Of a stretch of DNA of 64,000 nucleotides, positions 37,970-50,607 are shown in pieces. The position numbers were made by a program, and so were the translations under genes. The stretch is taken from assembly GCA_963514005.1 (NCBI GenBank), contig OY740790.1, forward strand, positions 20,212,001-20,276,000, read 5' to 3'. The notes under the pieces are model-generated. The model did no database searches. It was not told the origin of the DNA and worked only from the letters and a program-made list of their open reading frames with translations. Origin of the DNA: Raja brachyura (lineage: Eukaryota). Numbering within the stretch: position 1 is the first letter of the stretch; each line of letters starts with the position of its first letter.

Positions 37970-40150
37970 CCCTATACCTGACCCATGCCTCCCTTTTCCT
38001 GACCAAGAGTCTCAGTTTCTCGCATCATCCGGGCTTCCTTACAACCAGCTACCCTGCCCTTCACACAAACAGGAACATGCATACCTGGAACTCTTACTAT
38101 CACACTTTTAATAACATTCCACTTTCCGATGTCCCTTTCCCCATGAACATCCCACTCTAATCATTTTTTGCAAGTTCTAGTCTAATATCATCAAAGTTGA
38201 TCTTGCCCCAATTAAGAACCATATCTTGTGAACAAGCCCTTTTCTTAACCACAACTATTTTAAAGCTAATCGAACTGTGGTTGTTGGTTCCGAAGTGCTC
38301 ACTCACTGACACTTCAGTCCCTTGCCCTGCCCAATCAGCCCAAGAGTTGGCAAGCTTTGCCCTCTCTCTCTCCCCATTTCTAATTCCATCCATCTAAGCC
38401 CATGGCGCTATGGCAGTCCCAGTATATGTTGGGAATGTTAAGATCCCCTATTATGACAACCCTGTTAGTCTAACAGCTGCCTACAATCTCCCAGCAAGTT
38501 TGTTCCTCAAATTTTCATTGATTATTTGGGGGCATTCATACAATCCCACCAAGGTAATCATCTGATTTTTTTAATTTCTCAGCTCCATCCATATAGCCTC
38601 ACTTCCGTAATGTGATCTTGGACGACTGCAGTGATGTTCTCCTTAATTAATAACGTAATTCTCCCTCCTCTTACCCACACCTCTATCTGCCTGTAGCATC
38701 TGTATGTTGGAACATTAAGGTGGCATCCCAGACCCTCTGTTAGCCGGGTTTCTGTAATGACTATAACTTCCCAGTCGCAGGTACCTATCCACTTCTGAGT
38801 TCATGCATCTTACCCAACAGGCCTTCTGCATTGAGAAATAATTGCAATGTAATCCAACGATGTTTCCTCACTCCCTATCATGCCCCTGCCTTCCCATCTA
38901 CTGAACTTCCTGACAATGACTTGTGCACCAACTCCTAGTCTCCCACCATTGGCAGAGAAACAGGATCCATTACAATCTAGTTTAAACCCTTCAGAGTAGC
39001 ATGAACAAGCCTGCCTGTTGGTCTCCCTCCAGTTCAGGTGCAACCTGTCCCTCCTTCACAGGTCACCTCCGTCACAATGGTGATTCCAATGGTCTGTAAA
39101 TCTGTCTCCCGGTCCCCTGCGCATCAACTCCTTAGCCACGCGTTCACTTGTCCCATCTTCATATTCCTATCCTCACCATCGCTGGCACAAGGAATAATCC
39201 AGTGAGGTCCTGCTTTATTTACCTTTTACCAAATCTCTATATTCACTCTGCAGGACTTTTCTTTTCCCTTTTCCTCCTGATGTGATTTGTGCCAACAAGC
39301 ACAATAACTTTGGGCTGCTTACCTTCCCCCTTTAGAATGCCGTGCAGCCACTCCAAGACATGCTGGACCCTGGCATCATGGAGGCAACACACCATCCTAG
39401 ATTCCTCTTTGCTGCCACAGTCTGATACCCTAACTATAGAGTCTCCTATCACTATAGTCCAGGAAGACTTCACCAACCCTTGTTGTGCCTCAGAGGCAGG
39501 CCTGGTGCCACAGACCAGATTGCTGCTGCTGCTCTCCTCTGAATGATCACCCTACAACCCACACCCTCAACATTACTTTGTACTTATATGCTTATCTTTG
39601 AGGGGTATGGCCACAGGGGATTCCCGTACTCTCTGCTTCCTCCTGGTATCCTCCCTGGCGGTCACCCATCTACTTTCTGCCTACACTTTGGCGTGACCCA
39701 CCTCATTATAGCTTCTATCTATGAAGCCAGTCTCCCAGGCGGACTTGAAACCATTCAGCTGCAGCCCCACTTTCCTCACAGGGTCAGTCAGGAGTTGCAG
39801 CTGGATGCACCTCCCAAAGGTGTAATCCTCAGGGATACTGGAAGTTTCCCTGACTTCCCACACCCTGCAGGAGGAGCATTACCACTGCCCTAACTGACAT
39901 CCCTACCACACGAAGACCAAAGAACTGCAAAAGAAAATACCTTACCATATCTTGCCTGCACCTTCAGCTCAGCCTCCTTGCCAAAGCCTCCAAACTCACC
40001 CTAAACACAGCACTTTGCCTCCCGAGCCAAAGCCCCTGCAATTCACCTCCACACACAGCCTCTCCCAAACAACCAACTCTTGAACAGCCACTCCCGAATG
40101 GCTGCTCTGTTAGTTCCTGCCTTCCTTTTACACACATCACAAGGAGCAGC
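37967..40150 (-). mobile_element. Old CR1 5' half: 5' UTR, ORF1 (Zn-finger remnant and SGNH esterase) and APE endonuclease
   Basis: WEVRETSSIPEDYTFGRCIQLQLL; IVIGDSIVR...RMVCCLHDARVQHV...QPKVIVLVGTNHI (GDS and GxND esterase motifs); EHFGTNNHSSISFKI (APE SDH motif). Confidence 0.8.
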
Positions 40151-41024
40151 CACACCGGACACCAACGACTGTTTTCTTAAAATATCTGGCAGTTCAATCC
40201 TCACAGCTGCTTGCTCGACAGTGAAACTTCCTGCACAAAAGTTGCTGGAAGGCGTGAACAAAGAAATATAACGCAAGTTTTATAACGTTGTGATTAGCTT
40301 GTTCCTACTTGAAGATTTGACAAGTGGGGGAAAAACATACTTTGGATTCACTGCTGTTTATGTTGATATTTGGTCTATTTTTTTCTTTCACCACTCTAAT
40401 CTTGAGAGACAGGCATGACTTGGGTTGCATTACTGTAACCCTCATGCTGATATTGTATTCCCCATATGGCTTTCCTGTTCCAACCACAGCAAAAGAAAAC
40501 AAAAGCCTTTCATCTCATCATGTTACATGCTTTGCATTAGTTATGCAGGTGGTGTAACAGGTAAATGCATGGTTTCTCGCCATAAAATTAAAGTCTCCGT
40601 GGCTTAATCCGTGATTGCTGCTGAGTGGTCTGATCACAGCCCGTTTGTTTTTGAAACCACAACTGTAATGATCATGAAAATGTCATAAATTTTGCTAACA
40701 ATTAGCATCCTCTTGCGTTCGCCTGGTCCATTTCTGACACTTTTCTTTCTTGGCCCTCCCTTTTCTTGGCTTCTCCATCACCATCTGAGGGAGCAACCTA
40801 ATGACCAATATCCATAACAAGCCAAGAGTTGTCATGGCTACACCTTCTCCCTTCCCTCTTGAGGTAAGGATTCCATTCATATTCTTTATCTCTGTCGTAA
40901 CTCCTCTGGGAGTTTATCCTTTTTCTTTAGCCTCAACTCCTCCACTACCAAAAATGGCATGGAACTCGAGTGCATTATATCGATTCCCCCGTCCCAGCGC
41001 TCCCAACTTATTTTCTTCCAGCCA

Positions 41025-41340
41025 CAGCATTCCTTCTCTCCAGAGATGCCGCCTCTCCCGCTGAGTTACTCCAGCATTTTGTGTCTACCGTCGATTTAAA
41101 CAAGCATCTGCAGTTCGTTCCGACACAGGGAGAGAGTTCCCTTTGTTCCCACCTTGAACTCTACCAGCCTCCATATTCAACGGTCCATTCTCAGTAATTT
41201 CGACCATTTTCAGTGAGATTTCACTCCCAAACACATCCAACCCTTCCCTCTACTTTCACTGTTCCCTTCTCAGCTTCCTATTCACACCACATCTTCACCA
41301 ATCATTGCCCTTCTTATGACACTTCCCCACACAACTGCAG
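41025..41340 (+). mobile_element. Penelope pseudo-LTR end followed by a degenerate Penelope ORF fragment
   Basis: Family terminus at 41025-41126; 41133 onward translates RVPFVPTLNSTSLHIQRSILSNFDHFQ*DFTPKHI, resembling the vertebrate PLE RT-to-GIY-YIG linker. Confidence 0.55.
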
Positions 41341-41627
41341 GGTGGCATTGGTGGGCAGTGGTAGAGTTGCTGCCTTACAGCGACAGTGACCTGACAGGGA
41401 TGCCAGAGGAATCTATCAGGGGCAATAACTAAACACTTGAACAAATATGAAATGATCAGAGGCAGCTTGCACATACGAAGAATAGCACATGCTTAACTAA
41501 TTTAGTTTTTTTTAAATTTAATCCTAGTAAGTGGGGACAGTGGGTGGGTTCTGAATTGAGATTTCACAAAGCCATTTGAAAATATATCTCAGTGTACGTA
41601 AAATGCACAGAATTGGAGGCAACCTTC

Positions 41628-42018
41628 AGGGCCTGTCCCACTTTCCCGAGAGTCACTAATTCTCCCGAGTTTTCCCCTTTGATTCAAATTCGCAGAATGT
41701 TCGTATCGAGTCCGAAGGAGGCCGTAGGAGTCCGTGGATATTTCGTAGCGACTCGTTATGCCAGCCGTAGGTACTCGGTGCTATTTTGTTACTTGTGGAC
41801 ATTTTTTATCAGGCTGGAAAAAAACGTCCCGACTTACCTGATGCCACGCGTGCCTACGGCTGGCATAACGAGCCGCTACGATATATCTACCAACTCCTAC
41901 GGCCTCCAACGGATCCGTTACGAACATTCCGCGAGTTTGAATCAAGGGGAAAACTCGGGAGAATTTGTGAATAACTCGGGAGAATTCGTGAATAACTCGG
42001 GAAAGTGGGACAGGCCCT
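41628..42018. mobile_element. PIF/Harbinger-type MITE
   Basis: Perfect 23-bp TIR agggcctgtcccactttcccgag / ctcgggaaagtgggacaggccct, longer subterminal inverted repeats, flanks ttc/tta (TWA-like TSD), CpG-rich. Confidence 0.8.
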
Positions 42019-42429
42019 TTAATTAGCAAACCTCATTTGTTTACTTTTTATGTACCATATTCTTCATCAACAGTATACATCATGGCCCAATTTTGTCTTC
42101 CTACTGATGTGTAGTTATTTTAAATGTATTCATTGTTTGGGGATCTGACATCAATCGTATGTTCATTATTTATTGTATGTCTCTAATTGTCCTTGAGAAG
42201 ATGGCGATGAGCCACTGCCTTGAACTGCCACAGGCCCTGTGGTGAAGGTCACCCTATGTCACATGGAGAAGTTAAAAGGAGATGTTCTTGCGGTGCTCTC
42301 GTTTATGAAGAATTTTGATAGAGTAAATAAGGTTTCCAAATAAATAGTGACTAGAGGTCACAGTTTTACGGTAATTGGCAAAAGAACCTGATTATTTTTT
42401 TTAGTGCAGTGAGTTGTGATCTGGACCAT

Positions 42430-42905
42430 GTTTACAAGAATCTTGCCAGGACTCAAGGGCCTGAGCTATAGGGAGAAGTTGGGCAGGCTAAGACTTTATT
42501 CGTTAGAGAGATAAGGGCTGATCATTTCGAAGCGTATAAGACAATAGGGTAAATGCAGTCTTTTACCCAGAAATCCAAAACCCTAGTATATAGGATTAAG
42601 GTGAGAAGGGAAAGATTTAATAGGAACCTGGAGGGCAACTTTTTCATTCAAAGGTTGGTGAGTATATTGAACAAACTGCCTGGGGAGGTAGTTGAGGGGG
42701 GGCATTATCACAACATTTAGAGTCATACAGCGTGTGTATAGTCCCTTCGGCTCAACTTGCCCACACCGACCAAGAAAGACATTTGGACCATTACATAGAT
42801 AGGAAAGATTTAGAAGGATATGGGCCAAACGCAAGGAGGTGCGACTAGTGTAGATGTGGCATCTTGGTCGGCGTGGGCCGCAGTTGTTTCCATGCTGTAT
42901 GACGC
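42430..42905 (+). mobile_element. CR1 3' fragment(s)
   Basis: gtttacaagaatcttgccaggactc...agctatagggagaag...gaaagatttaataggaacctg CR1 terminal region. Confidence 0.7.
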
Positions 42906-44466
42906 TATCTGAAAAGGTAGTGGCAACAGGTTTATCAAGAAGGAATGGAATATATACTTGAAAAGGAAAAAGCTTGCATGTTGACAAAGAAGGGATAGGG
43001 TTGTGTAAATGCTTCACCTTTTGAACTGGGAACAAGCAGCTCCAAACAGTGTAAGTATTGAACTTGGAATTCATGATCTAGGTACCTCGGCACTGTCCAG
43101 TCCAGTTACCCTCAATCAGTTGAAGAAAATATTTGAGTTGGCCAACTTATTGCAGATAAAATTTAATAGACCCCAACTCAAGTAGTACATCGAGGAACAA
43201 AAAGGTAGCTCTGTGTAGTTCACGAGGGGATTTTCAGTAGCTAAATTAAACCTGAGTGCCGTTTACCGAGATACCTTAAAACCTCTCCGCAAACAATGAA
43301 GTCTTTTTAAGTGTGGTCCCCGCAAATGAAAGCCAGATTGCAAAATACTAAGCTGCTGCCACGAGTAACCAGATAAATATACCAACAATTGGATTTGCTA
43401 ATGTTGATAGAGGATAATATTTTTTCCATGACATCAGCCAATGCTCCCGCTACTCAAAGAGTACCTTGGGATTTTTCATCTCCACTTATCAAGAAAAACA
43501 ACCTAGACCGGTCTTGTGCTTATTCTGTCCACTTTATCCAGCGTCTGATAGCATGTCGCAGCATGTGCACGTTTTCTGTAATGCTTGACCAAGAAGGGAA
43601 CTCACAATAACAAGTCATCCTGGACCGATTAAGAGTAGGTACCATGAAGTTTAAAATTGTCTTCGGCCTAAATTACAAAAAACTCACTCTGTGATCTGGA
43701 ACCCGATATTGTAGTATGTCCGGAATATCATTGCAAATACAATATAATTTGAGTATCACCGGGGCAGTATGATTTAACGTTTAAAATGGGGAGCTATGGT
43801 TTCTACGGTCTCGCATTTACTGGAGGACCCAGAGAAATCAGATCCAGTCATTCACCCTTCCTGTGTTAGAATTTCTAATGAGAGCATTAAGTAAGGTTAC
43901 CCAGGGGTAATTGAAGGGCACATAAAAGACACTGAAATGAGGGATCAAATTTAAATTGCCTTTGGGCTACAATGGTTCATGCCATTAGCAGCACTGCTCA
44001 GCTATAAACTTATCACCCCACTTTCTTAATGTGAAACATTTTTACTGCCTGTTTAATGGTGCCTTTAATATCTGAACATGAAGAAAGTAAGTACAGCTCC
44101 ATAAAATGTAACATTAAAGGAGCCATGTGTTTTAATTTTACCCCCAAACACACTGAGATGATTAAACATCAGCCCATTTTTCAAAAATCGTCTCTCATTT
44201 AAGTTAATTTGATACGTCATGGTTTTGTTTTCTGATTTTCAACAATATCTATTAATTAAAGAATAGGTTAAAATCTATGGGACAAGGTTCGGAAAATGGG
44301 ATTGGGATAATAATAATAATAATAACTTTATTTATTTATGTAGCACTTTTCATACAATTGAATGCAGCCCAAAGTGCTTTCCACATAGACACAGGTGTAA
44401 ACAGAAATACAATTTCAAACAGTAAGAACATAAGCAGTTGAAAAGCACAGATTTATATTAAAAATA

Positions 44467-45840
44467 TCAATATAAATAACATAAAGTCTGATATTGGATG
44501 TGGATATATTTGTGTATTTGTGTGTGTGTGTGTGCGCGTGTGTGTGTATTTGTGTGTTTTTCTGTGATTCACATATCCTCGAAAACACGACGCGCTAACG
44601 GTGAAGTTTTTACATATTCCGATAGAGATAATACTCATGATCTCGAAAATTGCCACATCTGAAAATTTGATTCATTATTTCCCTAGTTTTTTAATTAAAA
44701 TTTTTCACAAATCTGAGATTTTTTTAAGCTAACGAGCTATTGACGTCACAATGGCACAGAGTTTTCAACGGGCAGCCTGCTGGCCACTGTTTTCCACGGG
44801 GTGCGAGCTATGTAACCCCCCCCCCCCAGCATCCCACCCACCCTCCCCCCCCCCAGGGCTCTGGATTGAAGCCGCTGAACACACAGTAATTGGTTGGGCT
44901 TCAGAGGTCCCGCGAGGTCCCGAGGGCTGCCGAGGCCCGCCGCCCGCCGCCCGCTCACAGTCGGACCTGTCTGCGCCGGCCGCTCACCAAGTTCAGGTCC
45001 GCCCTCTCCTCTCTCTCTTCCCTCTCCACCCTCCCCCCTCCTCCTCTCTCCCACACCACCCTCCTCTACCCCCAGCTCCCCCCTCCATCCCCCTCCTCTC
45101 CCCTTCCCCTTCTCCTCCCCCCTTCCTCCCTCGCCCCCTTCCTCCCTCTCCCCCTTCCTCCCTCTCCCCCTTCCTCCCTCTCCCCCTTCCTCCCTCTCCC
45201 CCTTCCTCCCTCTCCCCCTTTCCTCTCCCCCCTCTCCCCCTCTCCTCCCCCTCCTCCCCTCTCCTCTCCCTCTCCATCTCCACCTCTCNNNNNNNNNNNN
45301 NNNNNNNNNNNNNNNNNNNNNNNNNNNNNNNNNNNNNNNNNNNNNNNNNNNNNNNNNNNNNNNNNNNNNNNNNNNNNNNNNNNNNNNNNNNNNNNNNNNN
45401 NNNNNNNNNNNNNNNNNNNNNNNNNNNNNNNNNNNNNNNNNNNNNNNNNNNNNNNNNNNNNNNNNNNNNNNNNNNNNNNNNNNNNNNNNNNNNNNNNNNN
45501 NNNNNNNNNNNNNNNNNNNNNNNNNNNNNNNNNNNNNNNNNNNNNNNNNNNNNNNNNCCCCTCCTATCCCCCCCTCTACCCCCTCCCTCCACCCCCCCTC
45601 TTCCCCCTCTCCCTCCCCCCCCCTCTTTCTCTGCCCCTCGAGATAGGGCGGGGGATGGGGTAAAAGTAGCCAATTAATAATATTAGTATAATATCAAGGG
45701 GGGTGGTTAGTGTGTGTGTGGGGGGGGGTGGCTAGCGTGTGTGGGGGGTGGTTAGCGTGTGTGTGATGCCGCAGGCCGCCCCCCCACCCCCGCAACCGTC
45801 CGTTGAGGGGACGGGACCCAACGGGTCCCCCTTTGTCTAG
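44467..45840 (+). mobile_element. Non-autonomous Helitron
   Basis: 5' A|TC (a44466|tcaatat); 3' hairpin gggaccc-aac-gggtccc then ...gtCTAG|T (45837-45841); no TSD. The 5' boundary is less certain than the 3' boundary. Confidence 0.75.
45001..45640. repeat. Polypyrimidine (C/T) low-complexity tract containing an assembly gap (N 45289-45557)
   Basis: (ccccttcctccctct)n-like repeats flank 269 N. Confidence 0.95.
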
Positions 45841-45997
45841 TAAATTATAAAATTGATAGTGCAGAAGGACAAAGGATGTAAAATCAGTTAAAAGCTTGAT
45901 AAAAAAGATAAAAAGATATTGCTTATGTGAGGGATAGACATCAACAGGAAGGCTTTGCACTCCGACCAGCATGCCCCTATTCCGTGAAATACTCTGT

Positions 45998-46300
45998 GCC
46001 AGAGATGCAGCTGGAAGAGCTGCTGATTCACAGCGCCAGAGACCCCGGTTCAATCCTGACTCAAGTACTGTCTGTGTGGAATTCATACGCTCCCCCTGTG
46101 ACCGTGTGGGTTTCCTCCAGGTACGCTGGTTTCTTCCCACATCACCAAAATATGGGTTAATTAATCTCCATAAATTGCCCCTGGAGTGTAGGGTGTATGG
46201 GATAGCAAAGAACTAGTGTGAACTGATCATCAATGGTCAGAGTGGACTCAGTGAGCCGTTGGGTTCTGCTTCCATGCTGTATATCGAAATTAAACTAAAA
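45998..46300 (+). mobile_element. V-SINE
   Basis: cacagcgccagagaccccggttcaatcc...ctgtgtggaattcatacg...taaactaaa. Confidence 0.75.
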
Positions 46301-46689
46301 GCTCTCCTGTTCTTTACAACCAGCAATTCCAAAGACATCAAGCTTTGTTCTTTCTGGTATTATTTTATCGTATTCGTAGGGATGAAGAACCAAAGTACGA
46401 TACATTTGACCATTTAAGTAGTTAACGTGGAAGTCTTTTGCTCTCAAATCCTCCCAAATCATCGCCAGCCTTTAAGATCCAAATACTCTCCTGGTAGTTC
46501 ACTCCGCACTATCATTGAGTGTCCGGCAGGGTACCAGGCATTGTGTTAGTATCTGTCTAGTATCTTTATAGCTCTCCCAAATGTTGTCACCTTGATGAGG
46601 TACAGTTTTATTTCCCCAAAAATAATCTTTACTAGTAATAAACATAAATACAAAAGAAGAAGCGGCAGAATTCAGCCTCTGAATCCCAG

Positions 46690-47060
46690 TGGCAGACTGC
46701 TTCCCCCATAGCATTGGTTGCACTAAGTATGAAGCTTCAGATCGTCCTTCAGCACGTACTCCTGCAACCTGGACTGGGCCAGTCAGCAGCATTCACTTAC
46801 AGACATCTCACTGTGCTGGAAGACCAATCGGTTTCGGGTAGATCAAAGAGCATCTTGCGCCAAATTGCTGTTTTCTCCAGCAGCCCCTGTTGTCTGTCTC
46901 AGAGTGTCCCTGGAAACAGTCTTCACATCAGATAGTTACGCAGCTACTTGAGATGAACCAAGGCAAGGGCCCCTGCATCTTTAGCCAGACTCTCTTAGCA
47001 AATCTGTACTCTGCAAAATGATGGACACCCTCTTGGCTCCATAGCAGGTGGCCTGGGGGC
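46690..47060 (-). mobile_element. Tx1/L1-clade ORF2 C-terminal remnant
   Basis: EGVHHFAEYRFAKRVWLKMQGPLPWFISSSCVT and downstream frames resemble the Tx1 C-terminal zinc-finger/terminal region (ET..H.F.EC.FA..VW...RFIPSS.VT). Confidence 0.6.
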
Positions 47061-47261
47061 AGCATATATATCTGTTGTGCTGCTGCAAGTATGAATTTCA
47101 TTGTTCTTTTTCTGGACATATGACATTGAAACACTCGTGACTCTTGGAGAGAATCACCAATGGTACAGGGAGGATCTGATTGGGAGGCCTCTTGTCATCT
47201 CCCGCCACGTGAAGTCTTGGTGCTTGTTGGTGAATTCTGGGTGATGAGCCATTTTGCCAGT

Positions 47262-47546
47262 CAGATGAAAGATACGCAAAAAAGTAACGATGATAAAGGA
47301 AACAGGCTATTGTTAGCTGTGGGATGAAGGAAACTATCCACAGCTAACCATGGCCTGTTTCCTTTATCATCGTTACTATTTTGCATATCTTTCATTCATT
47401 TGTTCTACATCACCGTCTATATCTCTTGTTTCCCTTTCCCCTGACTCTGTCTGAAGAAACGTCGCCTATTCCTTTCGTCCCGAGATGCTATCTGACCCGC
47501 TGAGTTACTCCAGCTTTTTGTGTCTATCTGCAGTTCCTTCCTGCAC
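47262..47546 (+). mobile_element. Penelope-derived repeat with inverted 5' segment
   Basis: gatgaaagatacgcaaaaaagtaacgatgataaaggaaacaggc inverted with gcctgtttcctttatcatcgttac; ctgaagaaacgtc (stem II deleted); family terminus. Confidence 0.75.
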
Positions 47547-47567
47547 AATCGTTGAGCCTCTTTGAGA

Positions 47568-48171
47568 CAGAATGAGCGAGTTCGGTATTCCGAAAAACGC
47601 AAGGAATCATGGGATATGTCGAAGGTCACAAGCCATAAAAACTCTCGGCAGCCGTGCCACGGCATGGACACAGACCTGCTCCTCATCTGCAGTCAGGATC
47701 GTCTCCGGCGCTGCAATCACTGCCGAACCGCCACTGGACCATCCCCATCCCATCCCGAGTGCCACCCCACCATTCGCGGCGGCCAGAGACGTCGGGAGTC
47801 AGATGGGAGCATCGCCCCCAGGCCCACAGCCAGGCAGGGCATGCAAGGCTGATAGGTTAACAAGCAGAGTTGTACTGGATTTAGCGCTGCTTCTCTGCGC
47901 TGGCTGTAAGCCTGGGCCGTTGTTCCTGCAAGTCCAGGCATGGGGCGCCGCTCCCGACGTCTCTGGCCGCCGCGCACGGGGGGGGCCACTCGGGAAGGGA
48001 CGGGGATGGTCCAGTGGCGGATCAGCAGCAATTGCAGTACCGGAGACCCGGGATCGACCCTGGCTGCGGATGAGGTGCAGGTCTATGTCCATGCCGCAGC
48101 ACGACTGCCGAGAGTGTTTTTCGCTTGTGAACTATGACCCAGGCATGCACAGTTCGAACTTGCTCATTTTG
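47568..48171. mobile_element. GC-rich ~600-bp foldback element (unclassified MITE)
   Basis: Imperfect inverted arms of ~230 bp, e.g. cagaatgagcgagttcg / cgaacttgctcattttg and gcggcggccagagacgtcgggag / ctcccgacgtctctggccgccgc. Confidence 0.7.
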
Positions 48172-50176
48172 ATGGCAAATGCAGGTAGAGCCCCAGTGCT
48201 ATGAATAACTTCGACTGCCTCCTGCAGCTAAAAAAGAAATGGCCAGCATTTAACATACTTTTTATTTGGGACACAATTTGTTCATATACTTATGGGATTG
48301 ACCCAATAATGTAACAATGAGGATATTGTGTTGAAAGCTTTCAACCTTCTGTAGTGCCTTTTGGGCTTTAACATTTAATGCCTGCATCAATCAGAGAACG
48401 TGACTCCACAAATGTTCTGCTCACTCAGTGAGCTAATGTTTAACCCAGGTCAGCGATGAGTAGCTGAGTTTAGCCAGATTATTGATGGAGATGCTGCAGT
48501 TTACCGCAACACATGGAGGTGGAGATGTACTTGGGGTTGGAACTAAATGTCTCGGGGTCAAGTTGAAGGAGCCAGTCTGCCCCTATTTATTATGCTGCCG
48601 GAAAATGTGTGTGAGAATACCATGTGAACGCAGGTGGGTTATCATTGCTCATCCTCAGCCCCACAAATGCACGTTCAGATATTAGTTTCACTTGAGTGAA
48701 ACACTAAATGGCCACTGATGTTTACCAAACCGTGATGAGTAGTTTGCCAGAGCTACTTTTCTCTGCAACTCTTTAGTGAATTATCATTCATTATGAAAAT
48801 GTATTTTATAAATGTTGTATATTTAATCTATTTTTAGTCAAGGTGTCATTGAGGGAACGACTACAAAGACATCTTTGTGTCACTTGTGTGTCTTGGCTAA
48901 CTATCAGGACTCTCAGCAATGAAATTCATGGGAGTAGCTGGGTGTTTAACTTTTTTATTCTTGGAAACCGAGATGAGTTTTAAGACTTTCAGAGAATAAA
49001 TCCCAGCACGTTAATTATAATTTACTTGCATGAAAGGTTCAGACTGTTTACTCTCAGCTCTGGAGGGTTCGTCAGAAATTCTGCCGAAGTTTCAGCAGGA
49101 GACCAGAGCTGCCCTGGGGAGGTTAGTGCTGTGGCCCTCATTCTATGCAGGTTCATGGACATAAGAAGGGAAAACAGCCGATTTCAGTTGGAAATCTGAA
49201 GAGACAAGGGAAAATTATGTAAATAATTTGCAAATTTAAACAGAAGCTGAAAGAAGAGCTAACATTTCAGCGAATTTTCATCAAATCTCCAATGTGACGG
49301 ACCTGACATATTTACTCTGTTGAGAACTTAGAACAGTACAGCACAGGAATAGACTATGGCCCACAATGTCCGTGTAGAATATGATGGCTAATTAATCTAA
49401 TCTCCTCTGCCTGCACATGTTCCAGATTCCCTGTTTATCACCACAGATGAGCTATGACATATTCCCAGCATTTTCTAGTTATATTGCCAATTGTTCTTTT
49501 GTTCTTAACTACAAGAGCAGTCTTTGTAAAAGGAAAAAAATGGTAGACCCTTCCACTGTTGTGTGTAAATATATTGTACTTCATGGTAATAGTTCAATCC
49601 TTACCATAATTAAGCTGTCTTGTGCCTGGTCTACAAAGTAATCTATGACCTTTAAATGACATAACCTGTAATTATGATAAATAATTCAGCTGAAAAGTAA
49701 GCCATTATTGTGGTGATTTATGATTTTTCCTTTCACGATCTAAGATTAAATCTAAACGTATAACTTAATGTTGGTCATAGAACTTCGGACTGTTTGGCCC
49801 CGACATATGCAGCATTCTAGGTAGCTTCATGGCACTATGGTTTTTTTGGAATGAATACTGTGCTACCTGATTTGGGTAATGTCCTGGATGTTGAATTCAG
49901 CTAGATAATGAGTTCTTCTCCAATTTGATCATTTCAGATAATGCATTGTGTAAAGAATATTTTGCTGTCCTTGTTTCAAATAGTGTCTGAGTTGCATTAT
50001 CTTCGACCTAACCTATATGGTATGTACACGAAGGCCTTGACGCTGATGTTGAAATCAAATTTAAAACATTAAATAGCATTTTGGATGTGAATATCATGTG
50101 ATCTTAAATAATAGAAATCACACACATACGCCATGTAATTATTAAAAATCCTCAATGTATCTGTAAACTCTTCTTA

Positions 50177-50436
50177 AGATAGACACACAATGTTGGAGTA
50201 ACTCAGCGGGACAGGCAGCAACTCGGGAGAAAAGGAATAAGTGACGTTTTGGGTCGAGACCCTTCAGACTGTAAGGAGACTGAAGAAGGGTCTCAGAATC
50301 ACAGTCTGAAGAAGGGTCTTGACCCCAAACGTCACCCATTCCTTCTCTCCAGAGATGCTGTCTTCCCCACTGAGTTACTCTGGCATTTTGTGTCCATCTT
50401 CAGTGTAAACCAGCATCTGCAGTTCCTTCCTACACA
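50177..50436. mobile_element. Palindromic Penelope-derived repeat
   Basis: Inverted arms; ctgaagaagggtct duplicated at the centre. Confidence 0.8.
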
Positions 50437-50607
50437 TATAAACTAATCTTGCCTTGTTCACAGTTAATTGGTGGATTCACTGCTTAATAGGGATATTAAA
50501 ATACAAAAACACATGAAATCTGAAATAAAGCCAAAAGAAAAGCTGTAAATTCTCATCAGGGCAAGCATTATCAATGACAAGAGAACGTTTCAGCATGAAG
50601 ACCATTC

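Noticed and set aside
44746-45677. Long Pro/Ser/Gly-rich ORFs (226-308 aa)
   Set aside because: Artefacts of a C/T low-complexity tract and an N gap inside a Helitron.
47572-48204. 210-aa ORF
   Set aside because: Open frame explained by a GC-rich inverted repeat; no recognisable domain.
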